Origin: Adineta vaga
Taxonomy: Eukaryota; Animalia; Rotifera
DNA: 64,000 nt
Reading direction: 5' to 3'
Assembly (NCBI GenBank): GCA_021613535.1
Contig: CP075492.1
Span: 12,586,001-12,650,000, forward strand
Positions 1-14,261 of this stretch are shown here, in pieces (the first letter of the stretch is position 1; every line of letters begins with the position of its first letter). The translations under genes and the position numbers were made by a program. The notes under the pieces were generated by a model. The model saw only the letters and a list, made by a program, of their open reading frames with translations, ran no database searches and was not told the origin of the DNA.

Positions 1-169
1 TAATTAAATCACTGGTAAGACTATCGACTAGTGCTTTATTTTGTTTGAATTGTTCCACATGTTCAATTAAATGATTGAGGCAAACTAAACGTGAACAACA
101 ATGGCATTCGTATAGATGTTGAATTTCTTGATTACACATTAAATCAGCGCAAAAACCAGTTTGAGGCAT
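1..169 (-). CDS. 5' part of a Cys/His-rich (B-box-like zinc-binding) protein, runs off the window edge
   Basis: Hand translation from ATG at 169: MPQTGFCADLMCNQEIQHLYECHCCSRLVCLNHLIEHVEQFKQNKALVDSLTSDLI, open to the edge. C-x4-C...CxCC-x4-C-xx-H-xxx-H spacing; acceptor AG just upstream of the ATG. Confidence 0.6.
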   Translation of the reverse strand, partial: MPQTGFCADLMCNQEIQHLYECHCCSRLVCLNHLIEHVEQFKQNKALVDSLTSDLI

Positions 170-1375
170 TTCTGAAATAGAGAAAGGATACTTTTTTTCT
201 CGTATGGTTATCTTCGCATAGAGAAGGAATTTATTTACGTGTGTGTGTAGATCGTTCTATCAGCTCGAAAAGACGAATAAGATTATAGAAAGTACAACGT
301 TTTTCAGCTATTTATATGGAATAAAAATACACTGCACAGACTACATTGTAAAAAATAATCTAGATCGGTGAAAAAACTGATTAAATATCTAGGGAAAGCA
401 CTTAAGTGCATTTTGTTAACAATACTTTAGACAGTCGAATGTTCGAATACATATAATGTATTCTCTTTCGTCGCGCCGCTGATTATGCCTAGATCGGGTG
501 ACATGGACCGAATTTATTTATTTCACTATCTATAGAATGATTCACTACGCATGAAGAACAGTAAAATTCCACTTACGTAATAAATAATTGAACATAAAAC
601 AAATCGTTTACAGTGTAACAGTATTAAAATCAAATTATCCGATAAAATTCAATATTTCATTCTCGCGTTAGCACATCAATATATTCTTGTTATCCACGAT
701 AGCGAAAAATTCATTTGTCTTGTTTTGAGTTACATTTATCAGTAATGAGAAATTAGAACAAAGCACGTTTAGATCATTAATATGAAATGTATTGACTTTC
801 TATTTGAAATCTTTAAACATATATTTTATTAATTTTATCCATGATTATATGCATTACACATAACTCTTTTGTAGAATGAACGTTCTTTATAGTCTATATC
901 GAAGTATGATTTATGATGTGAACATCATAGTTGCATGATAATTCAAAGTGTTCAATTTATATACTATTGTATATATTTTAAAGAAGATAATTAGTATTAA
1001 CAATGCATTTATTATTATAATCATACATATGATTTCAAATAGAATTATATTGAAGTTATCAAGATGATGAAAATCCATTTGAATTTGAATTAATAAGTTA
1101 TAAAGAAAAGAAGAAATATTTTTTACTGGTTTCTTTGTATAGCCAATAGTAAACTAGTGAAAAGTATTGTATTGTAACTAAAATATCAATGAAATAATTC
1201 GAAATTTATCATTTCATTTTCTTTTCTCCGAGATTTCACATTGAGAATGATGCAATGTTTGAAATTTAATTCATATTAATATAACGAAAGATCATTTTCG
1301 ATTTAGTTAATTAATCGATCAATCATTGGAAATACAACATTGAAAACATTTCGTACTATTCAACAGCGAATTAGT

Positions 1376-2029
<654 letters not shown>

Positions 2030-2346
2030 CTGATTTTTGTTTTTCAATAAAAAAGAAATATTAGATCAATAATTCCTTAGAGATTTCGAAATTATTTCAC
2101 TTCTGTACAAAAATCGGGGAACATAAAAATATGATTAAATCTATTTATATACTATTTTATTCTTGATTTTCAAAGAGTAACTATTTAACAACATAAATAC
2201 AAATACATTAAGCGTTTGAAACCTCTTCAATACTGTTAACAGACAAGTAATGAACTTAGAAGGTATTCCTTATTGACATGACAATAAAAGGTGCATGGAC
2301 AAAAAATTAATTCTTACCATTTTTCTATAGACTAAAAAAAGCGACG

Positions 2347-3654
2347 ATGGTGGATGTAATCGAATTTTTGCCACCTATATCAGGTTTATTTAATAAGAAT
2401 ATTCATCAAAAAGATACGAAACAAGTTATTTTACCAATAATACTCACGACTGTCAAAAATCTTCCTTCGAATGATAGAGTTAATAATTTTCAAAATACAA
2501 CACAATGGATTGCACGTTGTCCTAGTGATACACTTCGACAAATTAATACTTCTCATGTTGCATATGATATTCATCGAAAGACAATCTCTCATGAATTATC
2601 TCAATTTTATCCAGCAGACACGACTGATAAGTTTTCAATGGTAAAAATAAAACAGCAACAGCAACCGACGAATGATACTAAAGACTCGTTAAAAGTAACC
2701 GTAGGAACAACAACAACAACTGTTACATCGCTGCCGAACGTATCAAGTGTTGACACTCGAAGTACGCGTCTATTCAACACACTTTCAAAACATGTTACAA
2801 TTAAAACAGAACCTCTTAGACAAACCAATTATTTACTAAATAATTCAAAGAAAACTTCCTCATCTTGGCAAAAATATTGGACATCAAGATTTACACAAAG
2901 ACGAAGGTAAAATTCGAATTTAATTCAATCAATTCTCGATTCTATTTATTGTAGAAGAGAATCAATTGATTCTGACTTTGCTTCATATCGTTCAAAACGT
3001 GATCGTGAACCTCTTTTAGCTACAACAGATCTTGTTCCTATTCAAGATTCTATTACAGATACCAATGTTGATGAAAAATCCCCAACACTATCCAGTTGTT
3101 CTACTCCATCAAAATTTCCATCCCCGATAGTTTCCGACGATGAACCATCATTCATAAACGAAGAAAATCATCTAAATTTACCTGCAATTATTTCATCACG
3201 AGAAAAACTTCCAAAAATGGATCGATTGAAATCATCTGAAGAAAAAATTTTTACACCAGTTCAAAGTAAACCTTCTATTATTGAAAATAAAAAACCAATT
3301 TCTGTGAAAACAAAACTCTATAAACTTCCATTACCTTCAAATAAAGCACAAATTGATAAACCATTAATCAAACGAAAACCCCAAAATAAATTTATTGAAC
3401 CTTCAACAACTCCTGTGAGTTCAAATACAAAAGAACAAACATCTTCCAATAAGCCACATCGAACAACCACAACTACAATTAAAAACCAAAATCCATTATC
3501 AACGATGATAACAACAACACCACGATCAAAATATGAACAAATCAGTTGGGAAGAACCGTATGTTGGCGTTCGATTTGATCCACCCACACCACCATGTTCC
3601 CCATTCCTCTATGTTTGGCCTCAAGATCATGATCAAGAACATAAAGAAATATAA
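2347..3654 (+). CDS. Uncharacterised S/T/P/K-rich, largely disordered protein, at least 2 exons
   Basis: ORF 2347-2906 joins across a short GT-AG intron to an open frame 2955-3654; C-terminal motif WEEPYVGVRFDPPTPPCSP. No family recognised; start uncertain. Confidence 0.6.
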
Positions 3655-3720
3655 TCGAAAAACCGAAAGTTTTATAATTTAACCAATTAATTTTTATTTT
3701 CAAAAATCATTTGAATAAAA

Positions 3721-4684
3721 TCATGATATTTCAGAATTGATAACAGTTTGTGCTAAATCTAACGCTGATTGTATACCAATCAAATTTCCAAGTATAGATG
3801 GACAAATATATTCATCAATATTTTGTATAATTGCAGGTACATTAATATATCCATTCAACATTTGTTGAACATATTTTCTTATATATTTAAATAGACTTTG
3901 TTTTTTTGCTAATCCTCCTCCAATAACAATACGTTGAACTGATGTTAAACAAATAATTGCGACACATAACTGAGCAATATAATATGCTTGAATATTACAT
4001 ATAGAATGATCATCATCAGATATCGTATTCAAAAGGCTAGGTGAAATATTCAAACGATCAGCAACAGCTTTCGCATTCGACATGCCTTCAACACAAGAAC
4101 CATGAAACGGACAACAACCAGAATAATTATCATCAGGAAAACGTTCGGTTCGTATATGAGCACCTTCAGGATGCATTAAACCATGAATTGGTTGTGATCC
4201 AAGAACAAGACCAACACCTACACCTATATCCAAATATTCTAGAATAATTTCACTAAAGAAAACTAATTTTAATAATACCTGTTCCAATAGTAATATAAGC
4301 TACTGATGTGTCACTTCGAAGTGAAGCTTCGGTCATTGCTGGTGCATTGACATCTGTTTCAAATGCAATAGGAACATTGAAATCTTGAAAAGTGCCAACA
4401 ATATTTACATATTGCCATCCAGATTTGGGTGTTGTAGTAATATATCCATAAGTTTTACTCATTTTATCTAAATCAATGGGTACAAAACAAGCAATACCAA
4501 TTGCTCGGAATGGTCTGTATGATTTTCTGGCAGCTAACCAATCATGTATTTGACGAAGGGTATTTTCAGCAGTTGTAGTTATAATTTGTAAAGAATCTTG
4601 TTCAATAAATCGACCGTTACTATCACTTATAGCCACTTTACATCCTGTACCTCCCATTTCTATTCCAGCTACAATCGAAGGCAT
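3721..4684 (-). CDS. ROK-family fructokinase (bacterial ScrK/YdhR type), 2 exons; horizontal-transfer candidate
   Basis: GIEMGGT, YGYITTTPKSGW, FETDVNAPA, YITIGTG|VGVG, HGLMHPEGAH, CPFHGSCVEG zinc site, IVIGGG. Intron 4224-4278 (GT-AG). Confidence 0.9.
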
Positions 4685-5305
4685 GGTTACCATTAATAGA
4701 ATGACCTTCTTCAAAAATATGTTTCAATTTTTCTATATGAATATAGATCCCGTAAAAGAACAAAAGAGTTTGAATGACACATAGAGCATCTGATATTTTC
4801 CAGATAATGAATTCAGCATGTCACCATACGTGCTTATAATAATAAAAAAATCGTATGTTAATATAGTCTTTATGCTTCCACTTCGCATTCTTCTCTATTA
4901 TCATGTCTTTTGTTTTATACATATACATAAAATATGAAGTACACAGTTCTCTTCTCTGTAACGATATTTGATGTCATCATGGTGTTATTTTTGGAATTTT
5001 TATTTAAGGAAGAAATGAAAACTGTAAAAATACTTGAAGAAGAAAATCATGACAACTATACACAGAAATAGATTTCTATACGTTATCGACCTACGATGTC
5101 TCGGTGGAAGATTTGTATCGTCCAACAAACCACTAGCGACCTCAACTATATAAAGTCTGTCATTTTTGCTCTTATATGATTTGTTAAAATATCAACGAAT
5201 CCTGTTCTTCATTTCAATTGCACTTGCATTCAACTCTATTCTATTGCTTTCTTTGTTTATGTATTGAATCATACTGGAAAAATTTCCTGATATTGAACAA
5301 TAATC

Positions 5306-6257
5306 ATGAGCAATGAACCAGTTATCATCACTATTGAAACAGTCAAAAAGAAACTTAAAAAGTACACAGCTCTCAAAGAACATGCCAAAGTAATAATCAT
5401 TATTTCTGAAAAAGATTGTCTTTCATTTCTATTTCAATTGCTTTTAGGTAAAAGAATATCTTCGAAAATTATATCATACATCTGTGACGTCTTCGTTAAT
5501 CGAAGTAAAATCATCGAGAAGAATTCTCCATTAAGACCAATTGATTATTGGTTTTTCATTTTCTAGGAAACAAGAATTGATAGTCTTCTTCGTCGACTTG
5601 CATCTCATAAAACAGCTAATTATAGTTCATCAGCAAGAAAAATTCTAAAGAAATGGCATCATAAACGATTATTATCATCAAAGTCGAAGACAGATATAAA
5701 TCCAATAGTTATTGAAAAGAAATCTGAAGAATCCAGGTTTGATATTTTACATTGAATCAATCAATCAACGAAAGTCTTCTATCTTCTTCAGTGAATCTCC
5801 AATATTTGATGATAGTAAGAAACGAAAAGTTCTTTCTCTTGCTCAATATCTGGAAACTAAGAAGCATGTGTTACCATCTTCTTCCTCTTCATTGTCATTA
5901 TCGAGGAGCAATTCAACTAGACAAAATCAATTAACCGATACTCAAATCGAAGTTATCAATGCACAATTTAAAGCCACAACAGAAAAATTAACCGCTAGTG
6001 TACCTGATCTAGCCAAGATTGTCAACAAAACACTGATCGAAACCGATAAAAAAAGTGACAATCGACTTGATTCGATTGTTAAGAAGATGTCTGTTGAACA
6101 ACCCGAATCAAAAGTCAAAGATCTTTGGGCTGAAGACGATGATGACGACGATGATGATGATAATAATAATAGTGATGACATCAATGTTCAATCAGAAATG
6201 CTTGAGTCCAAAACAGTGAATAGTAATGATCGTTTTCATATTCAAAAAGTTCGATAG
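5306..6257 (+). CDS. TFIIS N-terminal (LW) domain protein, Elongin-A-like N terminus with low-complexity tail, 4 exons
   Basis: Spliced N terminus ...EYLRKLYHTSVTSSLIE|ETRIDSLLRRL...ARKILKKW matches the TFIIS-N pattern L..L....VT...L.ET.IG..V..L...AK.L..KW. Confidence 0.65.
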
Positions 6258-8369
6258 ACATAATGTATAGTAGACGTTCGTTTTTTCTTCTTCTCTCTAT
6301 CTCTGTACGTGTATGATGAAATCGATGCGAAAGTATGTGTGTTTTGTTTTTCGTTTCTCTGAACAAATAAAGATTATTTTTGACTCCAGTTAATTTTGCT
6401 ATTTTATGCAAAATCAAAACCAGCGAAAGATGAAATAGTGTATACATATATATATATATATAACTAAAGTCAATCGTATCAACAACATCTGATCTAAAAT
6501 GTAAACAAAAATTCTATCATGCATGACTCAATCACATATACTTGGCACATGACATGAGATTGAGCCGACTTATTTTAAAGCAGAACGATGGAAGAAAAAT
6601 CAAACATACGCACATATGTCATTGATAAGGAGATTAAAAAAGAAAGGTTTCATCTTTCTTCATACTTCCACTTCAAGGTGACACTTGAGTAGAGAATACG
6701 GATAATAGGCAATAAATAGTTAACATCATCAAAGTTGAATTCAATAAGTCAGAAGAAAAAAACGACAGACAGATCACTATTCATTATAAGTATGTACTTT
6801 CTTAACAGCTGTGATCAGAATACATCGAATTATGGATCGAAAAAGTTCAAAAGATATTCAAATGAATGCAGAGCGTCTGCTATCGATGAACGTATAGTAA
6901 TAAAACAAAACGACAGAATTGAACAATTTTCAAACTTTCTGATAAGAGATAATAATCTATTTTAAACATTGTTTTGTCTACGGTTCATTTGTAACAGGCA
7001 ACAATCGTTTATCATTCGAACGAAAACATTTTTCACAATGTGTGAAAAGAAAGAGAACAGTTAAGTCTTGCTTATAACGTTGTTCAATCAAGTTGAAATA
7101 ATATATTTCATGATTTGGTGAGTTTCTTTGACGTAATTTTTTCGAATGAATAACACCTGTTACCACCAAATGGACACTATTGCTTGATGAACCATTCGAT
7201 TGAATTAGTTGTTTTCTTGATTAGAATAGCTGTCGTCATCGAATGAAAATGCTTAATCATATTTTCTGTTCATTCCATTCGCCAGGGGGGAAACACTTGC
7301 GTCTGCTCTCCGTACTCTCAAGATATTACCTTCTATCTTTTCTTTTCTTTTCTTTTATTGCTCATTAATCATGATCAATGTTCAATTAGGATCGTCTGTT
7401 TGATCGATGCTTATGATGATCCTGACATTTTCGTATTTGTTTGTTTTTCTTTTCTATAAACAAGAATCTACTATTCATTCATGTTAAATTCTTCGTATAA
7501 AAAAATCACGAACAACACAAACGCGAAGACGAGACAGAGTAATATATATATGTATGTATTAAAAGAAAAGTTCAGCAACAAGAACATAGACAGATATCCG
7601 GACACGCGACAATTAGTATTAGATTTTTGTCCGCGTCTGCGCACAATGATGATATATAACAACTTTTTTTTTAGGTCAAAATCTGTTTCCGGTATGTAGA
7701 AATAAATGATGACATTCATAAACTAACCCGAAACATCGACGAGATGAACTTGACTTTGTCGTTCGAGCTTTTATCATAAGTAATCTGATTATTCTATCTC
7801 TTTTTCGAATGATTAGAAGATCAGAAGAAACATAAACGACATGTCAATCTTCGCACTAAATGGTCTACTAGTAGATGCAAACAGGTCATCTTCCTTGTTG
7901 TATTAACAAGACTATCCATGTCTCGACATTCTTCATCAATCATGCTCTTGCTTTTTCTTTCTCGCTCTCGTTCTCTCTCCCTCTCTTTTTCTCTCGCTTT
8001 TCTTTTTATGATTCAAGATTGTCCACTTTTTCTCTTTCTCTTCCTTTTCGATCACTCCATACAATCTAGTCTGATTGACCCTGGCATAAACTGATTGAGC
8101 GTATTGTCTTTTCTTACAAAAATTGACGCAAAAGAAAATGCTCCATCAATTTTTAACACGTCAAAGTCAGAGTAAGTTCTCTTCAGTTACTCTATCTATC
8201 GATAATACAAGTTATATATGTACCATTTTGAATCATTATCTCTATTTATTTATATTCTTATAGATTCTAAAAGAAAATGAACTTTTAATAGGCAACAACT
8301 GTATTTGAATAGAAAAGAAAGAGAATCAACAGCCATTTTCTTTTGTTACTATATCATCAATCTTACAAA

Positions 8370-9434
8370 ATGATTCGAATCTATTCTTGTCAACGTTGTT
8401 CACAACTACCTCCACCGCCACCAATATTTACTCTCGATCCACCACCAAATATCTTGTCTATTGATATTCGTTGTTCGTCTCGTTCTTTATCATCACCAAC
8501 GATGCACCATCAAAAATATACGTATTCATCATCAGCAGCATCATTATTTCTATCGGTTTCTCTGGGAATTATGATCGTTTTACTTATCTCAACTAGTACT
8601 ATTTTTCTTATCAAGTAAATAACATATTCTTCTTTGCTATTCAATCATTAAAGTTTCTCCAGTGTCAAAATACGAGATTTAATTTATATAATGAGCAAAT
8701 GATAATCACATTCATTTGTCTTTCACAGTGGGATATAACGAGTCATGATTTGTTCTTCTTCGTTTCGTACTGTCTAGCACAGCATGCCTATCGAATTATT
8801 GATGGTAACGAAAATATTGATCTAATTTGTTCGACATGCGTACATGCTGAATAAACAAAAGAGATATGTACATGTGATAGAACATATATATATATTTATA
8901 TCTAATTTTAGAAATCGAATGATCAAACGACGACAAGAACGTCAAAAAAGATATGTTCAAAGTTCTTCATCGGATAAATTCAATGGACATAATCATCGTC
9001 ATCATCATCATAATTGGACAGTAAGTCTTTACTTTACATGATATTTAACACGCAAGGATAATCGAATAGACAGTTAATTCATTCATTCATGATTTCTTTT
9101 TCTCTCTCTCTCTCTATTTCAGAAATTAAGTGATAGTTGCAGTAGTGATCAAACGTTAAGTACACCTCCAAGTGAATATCCGTGTGCTGTCATTGAACCA
9201 CTTCTATCAAATGATCATCAACATGAATATGAACAAATCAAATATGACAGTTCATTACAAAACTATTGTCTTGTTTATTGTCGTCAATGTGCAAATTATC
9301 ATCAAACAAATCTAATTCAATCGAATTATCAACATCCATGTACATGTCATAAACATCTTTTTGAATTACAACCAATGTTACGAACAACAACAACAATGAC
9401 TGATGATTCAACTCATCAACTACCTTCAATTTAA
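8370..9434 (+). CDS. Single-pass membrane protein with Pro-rich N terminus and Tyr-motif cytoplasmic tail, 3 coding exons
   Basis: Exons ~8370-8614, ~8912-9020 and 9123-9434 join in frame: LPPPPPIFTLDPPP, hydrophobic LFLSVSLGIMIVLLISTSTIFLI, basic KRRQERQKR, then HEYEQI and Cys/His clusters. Confidence 0.6.
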
Positions 9435-9812
9435 ATTTTTCATTTGTTCTTCTTTCTTTTTGTGGTTTAACCCTGTGATTATTTATTTGTTTTTGTATAT
9501 ATATATATATTATTCTATGTTGTGTTGTTGGACTTTTCTTTTTCGAAAAAAACAAATCGAAGTGACAGTCAATGAATTACTAATCTTGAAATTGTTTTGA
9601 TCTTTCGATTTAATCGAGAACGTAATGAATAGTGAAGATTAATATCTTATAAATTTTTCAAGACAAAATGTTCATATCGATAGTGCGTGACATCTATGCC
9701 ATTGTTAGATTCGTTCGTTTTCAGTAAGCCAATAAGAATTCAAGTTACTCAATCATAAAAGAATCGGTTTTGTTCTATAATTCCTTCATTTTCATTAGAA
9801 AATATCGTAAGT

Positions 9813-12800
9813 ATGGCTGAACCAAGTCATCGTTCGATTGAAATCCCATTACATTCCGGTGACGAAGTACGTTTATTTCGATTTATTCGTCACTTACATT
9901 ATTTTGATTTATCTATAGGTTATCGAAGTAAGTCTCGATCAATTACCCGATGGACAAGAAGTTCTTGCTATTCTTCAACAAGAAAATTGCCCATTACATA
10001 TTTGGGTGACACTTGCTGTGAGTCATTTTAATTTGAATATTTTCTTCACTAAAATCCATTCGACTATATAGTTGGAATATTATCGGCAAGATAAAGAAAA
10101 AGATTTTGTTGAAATTCTTAAATCAGCATGTAATGAAATCAATAATCAACGTCAACAACAAACAACTGGTCATCGTGCACAAGAAACAGATCAAATGCGT
10201 TGTTTAGATACTTTAGCTGCTTATTATGTTAAACGTGGTCATCGTGAAAAAGCGAAAGAGAAAAAACGTGAATATTTTACTCAAGCAACTTTACTTTATA
10301 CTCATGCTGATAAAATTCTTATGTACGATCTTAATCATTTACTTGGTCGTGCTTATATTTGTTTACTCGAAGGTGATAAAATGGATCAAGCTGAACAACA
10401 ATTTAATTTCGTACTTAATCAAATGCAAAATAATATTCCTGCATTATTAGGTCGAGCTTGTATTGCATTTAATAAGAAAGATTATCGACAAGCATTGAAT
10501 TTATATAAACGTGCATTGAAATATTCACCGGAAAATTCTGCAAGTATTCGAGTTGGTTTAGCAAACGCTTTTGCAAAATCTAATAAATTAGATAAAGCTG
10601 AGTAAGCAAAAGATTATTTTGATTTTTTTTTTTCATTGTAATATTTAAAATGAAATAGATTAGCATTCAATCGTGCCATTGAAGTGGATTCGAAATGTGT
10701 CGGTGCATTAGTTGGTTTAGCTATATTGGAATTAAATATGAAAACACCGGATTCCATTAAACATGGTGTAATTAAACTTTCTCGAGCTTATCAATATGAT
10801 CCACAAAATCCAATGGTTTTAAATCATTTAGCTAATCATTTCTTTTTTAAAAAAGTATGATTTCGTGTTCGTTTCGAATTATGAAAACTTTCCTGTTGTT
10901 TAGGATTATGTTCGTGTTCGTCAATTAGCAATGCATGCATTGAATTATACGGAAAATGAAGCAATGCGTGCAGAAAGCTGTTATCATTTAGCTCGAGCTC
11001 ATCATGCTGAACGAGATTATGAAGAAGCCTTTCGTTATTATTATCAAGCAACTCATTTAGCACCGGAAAAATTTGTTTTACCTTTATTTGGTCTTGGACA
11101 AATGTATTTACAACGAGAAGATACTACTAATGTTTGTATTAGAAGAACAGTTTTATTAATATAGTTCTCGATTGTTTTAGGCCAGTGATTGTTTTGAAAA
11201 GATTTTAAAAATTCATCCTAATGATCATGAATCAATGAAAATTTTAGCAAGTATCTATGCTGAATCATCTGATCAAGATAGACGTGATAAAGCAAGAGAA
11301 TTTTTGAAAAAAGTAACACAACATGATGAACATGATATTGATTCATGGATTCAATTAGCTGAAATTCTTGAAGGTGTTGATTTACAAGGTAAGAAGAAAG
11401 ATTTTGTTTTAACAGACAATAGAATATGTACGATATTGTTTAGGTTCATTGGATGCTTATTTGACAGCATCAAGATTAATTCGTGAAGTTCATAGTAGAG
11501 ATACTCCAATGGAAATGTTAAATAATATGGGTTCATTACATTATCGTTTGAATAATTATGAAGAAAGTCGAAAATGTTTCGAAAAGGGTATATCATATGC
11601 TGAACAAGCACGAGAAGTTGAACCGGCCTATGCCAATTCTATTCTTGTTACGATGCGATATAATTTAGCACGTGTATGTGAAGCATCATTTGAATTTGAT
11701 AAAGCTGAAACATTATATAAAGAAATTTTACGTGAACATCCCAAATATGTCGATTGTGTACTTCGACTGGGTTGTATGGCACGTGATCGTGGTCAAATTT
11801 ATAGTGCATCAGATTGGTTTAAAGATGCATTAGAAATTAATAATAATTCTCCTGATGCATGGACAATGATTGGAAATTTACATGCTGCTAAACAAGAATG
11901 GCGACCAGGTCAAAGAAAATTTGAGCGAATTCTACATAATCCACAAACAGCAAATGATTCATATGCATTAATTTCATTGGGAAATATTTGGTTACAAACT
12001 TTATATATGCCATCACGTGATAAAGAAAGAGTAAGATTATGTGTTCTCTTATTTTAAATCATTACATGCGATTAAATACATTAATAACATCTATTGTCTC
12101 CTTTCCTATATATAGTTCTATGAATTTCTTTATTTAGGAAAAACGTCATCAAGCACGTGCTCTTCAAGTCTATAAAGTCGTTCTTAAAAATGACAATCGA
12201 AATATCTGGGCTGCTAATGGTGTTGGTTGTGTTTTAGCTCACAAAGGTTATTTAAATGAAGCTCGTGATATCTTTGCTCAAGTTCGTGAAGCTACTGCTG
12301 ATATGCCTGATGTTTGGCTAAATATTGCACATATTTATGTCGAACAAAAACAATATATTCCTGCCGTACAAATGTATGAAAATTGTCTAAAGAAATTCTA
12401 TAAACACAATAATGTCGAAGTATTAACTTATTTGGCTCGTGCACTTGTGAAAGGCAATCGTTTACATGAAGCTCATAATGCTTTACTAAATGCTCGACGT
12501 GTAGCACCACATGATTTAACATTGATGTATAATGGTGCATTAGTTCAACAAAAATTAGCACAAGAAATATTAAAAGATGAAAATTCAACGTTAACATCGG
12601 TTCTTCAAGCAATTGATCAACTTCGAATTGCTCAAAAGTAAGTAAACAATTGTCGATAGAAGAACGAAAACAAATGACATAATTTATTTGTATTTATAGA
12701 ACATTTTCATGGCTCGGTGAACATGGTGATCCACATCGATTAGATTTAAGTCAAGCTCAACAAGAAGCACAACAATGTTCCGATTTATTATCTCAGTCAA

Positions 12801-14107
12801 CTTATCATGAAATTCGTGCTCGAAAGAAAGATGAAGAGGAACAAGTTGCACGACGAAAACAAGATGAAGAACGACGAAAATTACGTGAAAAACAAGTTCA
12901 AGAAGAGGTCAATATTATTATATTTATGAATTCTAGTTTTTTGAAGAAAACAATTTCGTTTCTTTTTTTTTCAGGAAGAACGACGTCGACAAGAAGATGA
13001 ACGTCGCCGAATGGAACGTGAAAAACGTCAGGAATTTGTTGAACGTACAAAGAATTTATTGACTACTTCTGAATCTCAAGTTACATCTGAGAAAAGTCAA
13101 CGATCAGGTGGTGGAACGAAAAAAGTACGTCGTGTTATATCTAACATATATTCCTTATAATAATCTTAATCACTATTTCGAATAGAGACATAAACATGAA
13201 GATGAAGAAGAATTTATCAATGATACAACTGATCTTATTAACAATACTGATAAAATTCAGAAAAAACGAGTACGAAAATCCAATGAAAATGACGATCGAC
13301 GTGAACGAAAATCTTCGAAGTGAGTTGTACAATTACTATCTTGATAATAAAAGAAATATGGTTTGCTTTATTTGAATAGAAAACGTAAAACTATTGCTCG
13401 AAGTGATAGTGATAATGAAAATGGTGAAAATATTAAACGTAAAAAGAAATCAAGTCATAAAAAACGATCCAGTCGTATAACGACAAATGATGACGAAGTA
13501 TCACAAGATAATGATGAACAATTATCTGCTGATGAACCAAATGAAAGTGATGATGAAGAAAAACCTATACGAAAATTATCATCGAAAAAATCAGTAAGAG
13601 GAAATGATTTTCATTCGAATTTAATCGTCGTGTTTTGTTTTAGACAAATCGATCGAAACGTCCATCAAAAGTATGTATTTTATTTGTGTTTGACTTTAAA
13701 AAAATTGATTGTTTAGACATCTCATCGACAATCGGAATCTTCTGGTCGATACAAATCAAAAGCGACGATTTCAAGTAGTGATGATGAGTCGGATAACGAG
13801 CCATCTCGACCAACAATTCCATCAGCTGAAGACCAGGAAGAAGAGGACGAGGAGGAGGAAGAACAAGAAGATGATGATGAAGAAGGGTAAATAATTAATT
13901 TCAAAATAAATCAAATTGCTCATGTTTATCTGCATATTTCAATCTCAACGAATTTATATTTTTCTATTTAGATCACCAGCTGCTGAAGGCGAAGAACAAG
14001 AAGAACAAGAAGGAGAAGAGGAGGAAGAAGAAGAAGAAGAAGCACCAGCTGCTGAAAATGATGAAGAACAAGCACCTGAAGATTTGGAAGTTAGCGATGA
14101 AGATTAG
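9813..14107 (+). CDS. CTR9: RNA polymerase-associated protein CTR9 (PAF1 complex TPR subunit), multi-exon
   Basis: [11 protein letters not shown]|[96 protein letters not shown], acidic tail with [15 protein letters not shown]. Confidence 0.97.
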
Positions 14108-14261
14108 CATTGTTTCAATCAGACTCCTATATATTAATTGTTTGTTGTACATTTTTTTTTCGTATTTAAAAACAATATATTGTGTGGAAAGAAGAAAAAA
14201 CATTCATTTTTCTTTCAAATATATTTCAGATTAGATTAGAATAAGATTTATTTTCTTAACA

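Noticed and set aside
6978-7215. Minus-strand open frame (…VVTGVIHSKKLRQRNSPNHEIYYF…)
   Set aside because: Could be a terminal exon, but I found no convincing upstream exon, start or homology.
13722-14203. Poly-Ser and poly-Phe antisense ORFs (also 5942-6184, 16990-17268)
   Set aside because: Shadows of Glu/Asp-rich sense-strand coding sequence.
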